DNA of 64,000 nucleotides from Promethearchaeia archaeon (GTDB lineage Archaea; Asgardarchaeota; Lokiarchaeia; Sigyniarchaeales; SOKP01): NCBI GenBank assembly GCA_029856125.1, contig JAHQWJ010000014.1, positions 159,085 to 223,084 of the forward strand, read 5' to 3'. Shown piece by piece: positions 20,986 to 28,818 of this stretch (position 1 is its first letter; each line of letters starts with the position of its first letter). The notes under the pieces were generated by a model. It saw only the letters and a program-made list of their open reading frames with translations, ran no database searches and was not told where the DNA came from. The position numbers and the translations under genes were made by a program.

Positions 20986-22512
20986 TTAATCATTGGATTT
21001 AATTAATTTCAACCAATTTGAATCGATATTGTTAAGTGCAGCCTCAATTTCTTTTCTAACAGCCCAGTCATCGTCCCATAACGAATTCGCTAAAGAATTT
21101 AGCGCTTTTTTATCCCCTAGTTGCCCTAAGGCTCTTGCAGCGGCAATTCTAATTTTAGGATCGCTGTCTTCAAGCATCTTTATAAATGGAGAAATATCGC
21201 TAATGTTTTCGAATTTTCCTAATGCTAAAGCAATCCAACTTTTAATAAAAAGATCTTCATCGTCAATTAAAGGTAATAGAGCTTCTAAGCTATCTTCACT
21301 CCCTAATTTAATTAAGAGCTTAACTGCTGCTCTTTTAGTCTTCCAATTTGAAGAACTCAAGAAAGGCTTCACCTCATTAACATAAGTTTGATTCTTTTTT
21401 TTAGATAAAGCGTTAATAGTTACGTCTCGCACTCTATTATCAGGATCATTTAAAAGATCTAATAGTAATGAAACTTGCTGTTTGTTACCTAATTTTCCTA
21501 TTAATTTTGCACATAGACTTCTTATTTTCCATTCCTTAGCCTTAAGACCTTCAAGTACTTGATCTGGAACCTCATCTTTAGAAATCTGAAGAAGTGAATT
21601 ATAAGCTAATTTTCTGGTTTTATTATCACTACTCTTGAAGGAATTAATCATATAGTCTACAGACTTCTTATCTTCAAGTAAACCTAAAAGCTTAATTGCT
21701 TCCTTCCTCTCTATCATATTTTTGCTATTTGCCACGGCATATATTTTTTCATAAGAATCGATGTTCACAAAAATTTGCTTTAACGATTGAATAGATAACC
21801 TACGTACATCTTCATTCTTATTTTTTAATAATCTAAGAAGGGGATCAATTGCTCGTTTGCTATTAATTGAACCTAAAGCTTTTATACTCGCTTTCTTAAC
21901 TTCTACATCTGTATCATCTAATAAATTTATTATTAATCTTGCATCATTGACTTGAAGCAATTTTTCTAAAGCTTGAACGGCATTGCGTTTGACTTCAGCA
22001 TCATTTTTACGAAGCAGTTCTTTTAAGTAATTAGTTGAATCGTCGCATCGAATTTTACCCAAGATGATTGGAATTGATTTTCTAATGTATATATTCCCTT
22101 TATCGAAAAAGTTTATAATTTCACTTACGTCTCCTAATTTTCCTATATTCACGATTGATTTAATTACATCGTCTTTTATTTCTAAAGAGGGATTACTGAG
22201 CATTTCTAACAAAGGTTTAAGAGCAGAGAGGATTTTAATTTTACCTAACGCAACCACCGCTGTTTTTCTAGCTTCTATAAAATTATCTGTAAGAGCTTCA
22301 ATTAATATTGGACTTGAAGCTTCTGGTACATTATTTGCTATAAAATTGATAATTGTTGCTCGTACCTCACCGTCAGACTCATTTTTATAATGGGTAGCAA
22401 AAAAGCTTAAATTATTTTTATCAATTAAATTTTCAATTGAATTTATCAAATCTACTTTTTTTTCTGGAACGGTTGCTTTAAGATAGTTTTCCTTAAATTC
22501 TTGAAATCCCAT
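20986..22512 (-). CDS. HEAT-repeat protein
   Basis: Many 'L..LL.D.D..VR..A..ALG' repeats; start moved to ATG 22512 (MGFQEFK). Confidence 0.88.
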   Translation of the reverse strand: MGFQEFKENYLKATVPEKKVDLINSIENLIDKNNLSFFATHYKNESDGEVRATIINFIANNVPEASSPILIEALTDNFIEARKTAVVALGKIKILSALKPLLEMLSNPSLEIKDDVIKSIVNIGKLGDVSEIINFFDKGNIYIRKSIPIILGKIRCDDSTNYLKELLRKNDAEVKRNAVQALEKLLQVNDARLIINLLDDTDVEVKKASIKALGSINSKRAIDPLLRLLKNKNEDVRRLSIQSLKQIFVNIDSYEKIYAVANSKNMIERKEAIKLLGLLEDKKSVDYMINSFKSSDNKTRKLAYNSLLQISKDEVPDQVLEGLKAKEWKIRSLCAKLIGKLGNKQQVSLLLDLLNDPDNRVRDVTINALSKKKNQTYVNEVKPFLSSSNWKTKRAAVKLLIKLGSEDSLEALLPLIDDEDLFIKSWIALALGKFENISDISPFIKMLEDSDPKIRIAAARALGQLGDKKALNSLANSLWDDDWAVRKEIEAALNNIDSNWLKLIKSND

Positions 22513-22696
22513 TTTTCTAATTCTGCATCTTTTCTTTTCAATAAACAATGATTCTAAGTATAGAATCGAGTTCATATTTTTATTTTTAAGTAAATAGAAA
22601 GATAGAAATTGAATTAATAAACGGTAAAAATATCTATATTAATTGAGGTTTCTTTACCTCTATACATTATAAAAGAAAAGTAAAAAAAATAGAAAT

Positions 22697-22963
22697 TTAC
22701 GAGCTAAGTAGCTGAAAGAGAATCGAAGCGTGAGGGATATAGAATTGATCACGCACTTTAATCACGACAGTATGAAAGTACTCAGCTAAACCTAAGAAAC
22801 CTCGAATAACTGATTCGTCTTCCTCAAATTTAAATACTATCTTAGCAATAGCAGCGCCAGAGCTGAAGTTAGCTTTTTCATAGACTCTTTCGTCAATTAA
22901 GGGAATTTTAAGCTCATTAACAATTTCATATACTCGCTTGATGAAGAGTTCTCTCTTGGGAAT
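22697..22963 (-). CDS. Hypothetical 88-aa protein with putative ATT start (not in ORF track)
   Basis: Open frame (M)PKRELFIKRVYEIVNELKIPLIDERVYEK...ILFQLLSS with coding-like composition, AGGTG 7 nt before the ATT, and a T-rich tract after the stop. Confidence 0.7.
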   Translation of the reverse strand: MPKRELFIKRVYEIVNELKIPLIDERVYEKANFSSGAAIAKIVFKFEEDESVIRGFLGLAEYFHTVVIKVRDQFYIPHASILFQLLSS

Positions 22964-23226
22964 ATTAATACACCTATTATATTGAATACTAATTATTAAA
23001 ATTACAAATGAAATATGATATATAATATATTAGATTTGGAACATTTAATAGTTTATTTTTAACTGTGAAAAATTTTGAAGCATTGAATTTAATTTAGGTA
23101 AAACTATGATACAAATATTATACAAAAATAAAAATATAAATTAATAAACTACTACTATATTACTACTATAGCTATATAGTATTCTTTTAAAAAATATGAT
23201 TAAAATTTTGGAGTAAATGAACTACC

Positions 23227-23880
23227 TTGGTTTCGAAAGAATATAAGAAGATTGAGAGAGTCGTTAATTTTATGAAAAAGGGTTTAACCTCTTTAAGCGA
23301 CGACTTGGAAGAGACGGTTAAAGGGATTACTGATTTTAAAAAATCGTTAAATAAAGCCTTGAAAGATTTGAAAGATGTTTCTCTTGAACAAGGAGTGAAA
23401 ACTGTGAGTACATCCTCTAAGAAAGTTATTGCACCTGTGGATGGTACGGCCAAAACTGCAGCGGCAAGTACTTTATTTAGTTTATTAAGTGGTAGTCCTG
23501 CTCCAGTCCAAGAAATGCCTCCAGCTACCGCAGCTGTAACTTCACCAACTGTAGGTGGCCCCCCTAAAGTTCCTGGAAAGGGACCTCCAAAGAGACCTGG
23601 AGGGAGTAGACCTCCAAAAGCACCCAGCACAGGTGGACCTCCTAAACGAACCAATTTACCTCCGGCGCCAAAATTGCCTCCTAGTTCGGTTGGTGTACCT
23701 CCTAAAGCTCCCGGTTCAAGAGTTGTACAAGCGCCCACATTTGCTAAAAGACCAACGCCCCCAGCAGCACCAGCTGCATCCCCTGCACCAGCAACTCAAG
23801 CAGGAGGAGGTTTAAGTTCTCTCCGAGATGAAATGTTAGAGGAATTAAATCGTTTAAAGAAGATTATGAGAGGAGATTAG
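23227..23880 (+). CDS. Coiled-coil / proline-rich protein with C-terminal WH2-like helix-LKKI motif
   Basis: Heptad-like N-terminus, repeated GPPK/PPK units, C-terminus GGGLSSLRDEMLEELNRLKKIMRGD. The ORF is solid; the function is inferred. Confidence 0.75.
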   Translation: MVSKEYKKIERVVNFMKKGLTSLSDDLEETVKGITDFKKSLNKALKDLKDVSLEQGVKTVSTSSKKVIAPVDGTAKTAAASTLFSLLSGSPAPVQEMPPATAAVTSPTVGGPPKVPGKGPPKRPGGSRPPKAPSTGGPPKRTNLPPAPKLPPSSVGVPPKAPGSRVVQAPTFAKRPTPPAAPAASPAPATQAGGGLSSLRDEMLEELNRLKKIMRGD

Positions 23881-24010
23881 GAGTTAACTCTTTTTCTCAT
23901 ATCTAATACTTATTTTTATACCTTTTTATCGCATATCTTTATAACTTACAAGATTCAATATTTTTAATTCATAACATTTTTAATTATCGATTGTGAACTA
24001 TTTAGTATAG

Positions 24011-24757
24011 ATGGATAAAAACAATTCTATCATCTGCGAAAACAAAATACCAATCGTTGTTCCTAAATGTATAATGGTGTTAGCTGGTCATCCAGATGAT
24101 GAAATAATATCCTGTGGTGGTACCCTTCTAAAATACCAGTCTTTAGGTTCAAAAATAATCGTTGTGGTTGCAACAAGTGGTATTGGGGGGTATGCAAAAA
24201 GTGATCAAAAAGAAGGAATTATTAATCAAAGAAAACACGAGCTTGATTCAGTTCGATCATCGTTGAAATGTGAAATTATCGAGTTAGAATTTCCTAATAT
24301 GGAAATAACCCGAGAAAAAATCTCTAAGATAACAAATCTCATAAGGGACATTAAGCCTCAAGTTATTTTATTGCCTCATCATTCTGATTTTCATCGAGTA
24401 CATCGAAACTTGGCATTAATCTCGAGAGAAGCTATTTATCATTGTTCAACAGGTAAAGCTTATGGAGGATACGAAAGAAACTGGACTCCATTAGGCGTGT
24501 ATTATTACGAAGGACCTTCGTGTAAATTTCAATACATTGAGAGTTCAGTTTTTGTTATAGTAGATATCGAAGAATTTTGGAGTAAGAAAAAAGAGATATT
24601 TAATGTTGCCTACCTTACTCAGAAAGAAGTTCTAGAAAGAGTAATGGAGTGGGCGGAAGATACTGCGATTTTAAGGGGTAACGAAATAAATTCATCGTAT
24701 GGGGAAGCTTTTATACCCGAGACAACTTATACACCACTTAAGCTTTTATTAGTTTAG
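24011..24757 (+). CDS. PIG-L/LmbE family deacetylase
   Basis: GHPDDE, GGTL, R..E, P...DFHRVH and GEAF motifs. Confidence 0.88.
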   Translation: MDKNNSIICENKIPIVVPKCIMVLAGHPDDEIISCGGTLLKYQSLGSKIIVVVATSGIGGYAKSDQKEGIINQRKHELDSVRSSLKCEIIELEFPNMEITREKISKITNLIRDIKPQVILLPHHSDFHRVHRNLALISREAIYHCSTGKAYGGYERNWTPLGVYYYEGPSCKFQYIESSVFVIVDIEEFWSKKKEIFNVAYLTQKEVLERVMEWAEDTAILRGNEINSSYGEAFIPETTYTPLKLLLV

Positions 24758-24817
24758 TATAGATATAAAAAGATTAAATATTGTTAATATAATAAGCGAA
24801 TAAATTGCTAAAATTAA

Positions 24818-25942
24818 TTGGATATTATGGGCAATCTTACTGTTGTTTTAGACATTGGACAGTTTTCAGCAAAAGCGGGTTTTGCTGGCGAAGATATGCC
24901 AAGCCAAGTATTCTTCACAATCGTAGGAAAGCCTAAATATAGACAAATCGATTACGAGTATGGAAGTGCTCGAAAAGAAGACTACTACGTCGGAGATGAG
25001 ATTCAATCTTTAGGACTATACAAAGTGTTATACCCTATTGATAAGGGTGTAATACAAGACTGGGTCTCATTCGAGAAAATAATTGATTACATTTTCTATA
25101 ATTTAAGAGTCGACCCTAGTTTAGTCAATGTCTTATTTGCGGTACATCCTTTGTTTCCTCGCAATAATTTAGAGAAGCTTTTTAAATTATTTCTGGAGAA
25201 ATATCAATGTAATGCGTTTTATCCTGTATTAGATTCCATGCTCACTCTGTATGCTGGTGGATTTCAAACGGGTTTGATAGTAGAGATCGGAGATAGTCTA
25301 ACAAGAATAGTCCCCATCTATCAAGGTTATAAACTTGATCACGCAATTAGAATTCTTGAAATCGGTGGAAGAACGTTAACAAGGTATATGGAAAAAATAT
25401 TAGGTACAAAAGGTTATTCAGCAGATTCTTCTATAAGAAGAGAACTCGTCAGAGCTTTAAAGGAAAAAGCGTGTTTTGTTTCCCTTGATTACAAAGAAGA
25501 TTTGAAGAGAGTTGAACAATACGAAAAAGAGTATTCCCTACCTGATGGTTCTACAATTTCTTTAGCTAGAGAACGATTCGAAGTTCCAGAGTTGCTGTTT
25601 AATCCCTCAATCGAATTAGAAGAATCCTCTCTCCCAGAAGCAATCTTGGATGTAATCGAAATGTGTGACTTAGATGTCCGTCCAGATTTATTAAATAACA
25701 TTTTTTTATCGGGAGGGTCTTCGATGTTTCCAAATCTCAAATCTCGAATATACCAAGAATTAGAATTAGAATTGGCGCGACGTAAAAAGAATAATCAAAT
25801 CATCAAAATAATAGCACCTCGGGAACGTGTTTTCTCAGTTTGGGTTGGAGGATCGATTTTAGCAATGATCCCAGAATTCGAGCAGAATTGGATAAGCAGA
25901 GCGAAATATTTTAACGAAGGTATCCCTGAAGATATTCTTTAA
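24818..25942 (+). CDS. Actin-related protein (Asgard actin family)
   Basis: Collinear with actin: KAGFAGED.P..VF..IVG.P, YVGDE, YPI..G...DW, VPIYQGY, LKEK.CFVSLDY, LPDG, ERF..PELLF.P, LSGGSSMFP, APRER.FSVWVGGSILA. Confidence 0.95.
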   Translation: MDIMGNLTVVLDIGQFSAKAGFAGEDMPSQVFFTIVGKPKYRQIDYEYGSARKEDYYVGDEIQSLGLYKVLYPIDKGVIQDWVSFEKIIDYIFYNLRVDPSLVNVLFAVHPLFPRNNLEKLFKLFLEKYQCNAFYPVLDSMLTLYAGGFQTGLIVEIGDSLTRIVPIYQGYKLDHAIRILEIGGRTLTRYMEKILGTKGYSADSSIRRELVRALKEKACFVSLDYKEDLKRVEQYEKEYSLPDGSTISLARERFEVPELLFNPSIELEESSLPEAILDVIEMCDLDVRPDLLNNIFLSGGSSMFPNLKSRIYQELELELARRKKNNQIIKIIAPRERVFSVWVGGSILAMIPEFEQNWISRAKYFNEGIPEDIL

Positions 25943-26073
25943 ATAATTACTTAAGATTAAAGCATCTATTTTTCAAAGTATCATTTTAATATTACAAGCA
26001 TATTACAATTTTTTAAAAATATTATTCTGATATTATATCTTAGTGGAGTTTCATCTCGATTGGAGAAATAAAA

Positions 26074-26439
26074 ATGGAAGAACCTCAAAATACTAGTTTT
26101 GAACAAAGCAAAATTCTAAAAAACTTTTATAAACCTGACTATTCTGGTCTGTTTAATAAAATAAAAGACATTAAAACTCCGGTAAAAAACGAAATTTTAA
26201 TGACTTTACTTGATGGGAATTGGCATACTGAATTGGATTTGATAAGAGTAGCTAAACAAAAAATGAGATATTTGGGTGCTGTAACCTTAGGGACAATGAT
26301 TCACTCTTTAAACCATCACCTAAAGAACGATTACGTTGAAAAAAGCGTGATAAACGGAAAATTATCTTACAGAATCTCAGATAATTATGTCGGTCTTACT
26401 CGAGCAGCATACAACAAGTATAGGTTTAAAATGGACTAA
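26074..26439 (+). CDS. Hypothetical protein, probable winged-helix fold
   Basis: 'EILMTLLDGNWHTELDLIRVAK...YVEKSVINGKLSYRIS' helix-turn-helix plus wing pattern. Confidence 0.6.
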   Translation: MEEPQNTSFEQSKILKNFYKPDYSGLFNKIKDIKTPVKNEILMTLLDGNWHTELDLIRVAKQKMRYLGAVTLGTMIHSLNHHLKNDYVEKSVINGKLSYRISDNYVGLTRAAYNKYRFKMD

Positions 26440-26460
26440 CTTTTAATTAATACCCTTTTT

Positions 26461-28647
26461 TTACTTTCTTTTTACGCATTGCTCTTTAGAGATTTGGTAA
26501 TTTGCACAATTAGAGCAGAAACCATTAGTACCTTCTTCTTTAAAGCTATCACTCCAACATTTTGGACAGATATAATAGATAAGACTTTTATTGTTCTTCC
26601 TTTTTTGTATCTTGAACACATTAAAACCACATTTTAAACAATTCGTGGATTTTAATATGGTAATCCTTCCAGTTTTTGGAACTGAGAGGTAAGTCTTACA
26701 ATTTCTATCAGAACACGCTAGGAATCTTTTCTTTTGTGAAGTTGTTACTAATTTCATAGGATAATTTTTACAAGTTGGGCATTTTGAAGTAGTCTGAGGA
26801 AAATTTTTTTGAGAAGTTTGTTGCATTGTTGTTTTTAAATTAGCTTTAACGCTATCAAACTTTATGGTTATCGCATTTTTCTCATTCCGAAATTTATCAA
26901 ATAAAGCTAAAAAAATCTTTTTTACAGTTGAAACGACATTTTCCTTTGTTTTTCTTTTTTCTTTTACATCTTCGAGCAAATTTTCAACAAATCGGGTAAA
27001 CTCAGGTTTTAAAAATGGTAACCACACCTTAATTAGCTCTTGGATAAGAAATTTACCCCATTCAGTTATTTTAAAGCGATTTTTAGCAATATTATAAGTT
27101 AATTTACGATCTACCAGAATTCTTATTATTGTTGGACGAGTGGATTTTGTTCCTAAATGTTCCTTCTCCATCAATTTCAATAAAGTGGTATCGGTGTAAT
27201 GTGGTGGAGGTTGAGTTGCCTTTTCATCCAAAAGGATTTCTTTAACCGGAAGTTCCTTAGCTTCGATCTCGAATGCTGGTTGATAAGGTTTTTTCAAAAA
27301 TGGTGCGATTTCGTAAAACCCACTCTGGGTTAACGACACGAGACGGGATGAAAAGAGTTCATCTTTGATTGAAAGTTTTAATTTAATTCTCAATTCCTTT
27401 GATTTCTCACCGAAAAGGGCTAAATAATGTCGTGCTAAAATATCGTATACTTTTTTTTGGAGATTATTTTCTAATTTAGAGCTAGCTTGTTCTAAACTTA
27501 CTAAGGGAGTAATGGGTGGATGGTCTCCAGCGTCAACTTTTCCTATTGTGGGTTTCAATCGATTTCCTCTAAATAACTTTACTACGTAATTCCCATAATT
27601 CATATGGGGCTTGAAATTTTCTAAGTATGAAACATGGTTAAAATTTGGGCTATATTTATCGCTATCAGTTCTTGGATAAGAGATAATTTGATTTAAGTAT
27701 AGAGAATTCATGGCATTCATGACAGATTTTGCGCTAGTTCTTAAGATTCTGGTTAACAATACAAGAGCTTTTGAAGTATTCAATGGCGTTGGTGGATTAA
27801 TTAATGCGGATTCTTTGGTATTGTTTAATATTATTGCTATTTTTTCGTTTTTAATTTTTTGAAATATGGCTTTCGCTTCAGATTCTTTCTCTTTAATGAA
27901 TGGATTCTCATTGTGCACAGCTTTTATTATATAATTTTTATGCTCTAAATTAGCGGTAATCGTCCAATATGGTTCAGGGATAAATTTTTCGATCTCTCTG
28001 TCTCTTAAATAAATCAAATAGAGTAATGAAGTTTGTACTCTACCTATCGACACAAATTTATTATTAATCTCATTTAGTATTGGCTTGAACGTATTTGTGA
28101 CTTCCCTAGTGCTTGAAAAACCAATAATTGCGTCAATAATTGCTCTTGCTTCCCCTGTTTCTCCCCAGCTCCATTTAGGGGAAATTAAATTTCTATATTT
28201 TGAAACGATCTCTTTTTTTTCTAATGAACTTAACCATAACTGGTTTACTTTAATATTTCTATTAGCTTTAATTACATAAGGAAGTGCGTCAAAAAGTCCA
28301 ATATTACACCCTTCGACATCGGCGTCAGTTGCAATTACACATTCGTCGCATTTTTTAGCGAAGTCGATTAAAGCTTTGATATATGGATTAGCATAGCTGA
28401 TGGCGACTTTATCGATTGAATTTGGTTTTGTAATGATTTCTCTTGGATCTGAATTAGTCCAGCTTTTAAATTGATCGGTGTTTCTATACTCTAAAATATG
28501 ACCTCGAAGAGGAACAACATAAATATTCTTAGAAGGTATTTGATAGACTTTTAGGTATTTTGATCTGTTTATGACCGTAACTTGACCTAACGCCTCTGCG
28601 ATTCTTTGAGCTGCTTTATTTTTTTCAGATATTATTAAAGTCGGCAT
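26461..28647 (-). CDS. topA: DNA topoisomerase type IA with C-terminal Zn ribbons
   Basis: IISEK, GH, ATDADVEG, SIGRVQT, ISYPRTDS (catalytic Tyr), HPPITP, LGTKSTR and CxxC pairs. Confidence 0.95.
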   Translation of the reverse strand: MPTLIISEKNKAAQRIAEALGQVTVINRSKYLKVYQIPSKNIYVVPLRGHILEYRNTDQFKSWTNSDPREIITKPNSIDKVAISYANPYIKALIDFAKKCDECVIATDADVEGCNIGLFDALPYVIKANRNIKVNQLWLSSLEKKEIVSKYRNLISPKWSWGETGEARAIIDAIIGFSSTREVTNTFKPILNEINNKFVSIGRVQTSLLYLIYLRDREIEKFIPEPYWTITANLEHKNYIIKAVHNENPFIKEKESEAKAIFQKIKNEKIAIILNNTKESALINPPTPLNTSKALVLLTRILRTSAKSVMNAMNSLYLNQIISYPRTDSDKYSPNFNHVSYLENFKPHMNYGNYVVKLFRGNRLKPTIGKVDAGDHPPITPLVSLEQASSKLENNLQKKVYDILARHYLALFGEKSKELRIKLKLSIKDELFSSRLVSLTQSGFYEIAPFLKKPYQPAFEIEAKELPVKEILLDEKATQPPPHYTDTTLLKLMEKEHLGTKSTRPTIIRILVDRKLTYNIAKNRFKITEWGKFLIQELIKVWLPFLKPEFTRFVENLLEDVKEKRKTKENVVSTVKKIFLALFDKFRNEKNAITIKFDSVKANLKTTMQQTSQKNFPQTTSKCPTCKNYPMKLVTTSQKKRFLACSDRNCKTYLSVPKTGRITILKSTNCLKCGFNVFKIQKRKNNKSLIYYICPKCWSDSFKEEGTNGFCSNCANYQISKEQCVKRK

Positions 28648-28818
28648 TAGGTTATAGCTATTTCAAGCTTTTATAAATAACAATAGATCCATATATTTGT
28701 AATCTATTTCTAATTGTTTTTAAAAAACACACATCTAATTTGAATAAGAAAATTCCTCCTATTATAATTTTTTATTATCGATATCGGCTTGACTTAATAA
28801 TCTTTTAAGAAAAGGGGT

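Noticed and set aside
14785-25942. SET protein acting on the actin paralogue (Lys at the His73-equivalent position)
   Set aside because: The genes are about 10 kb apart in unrelated operons; nothing in the sequence links them.
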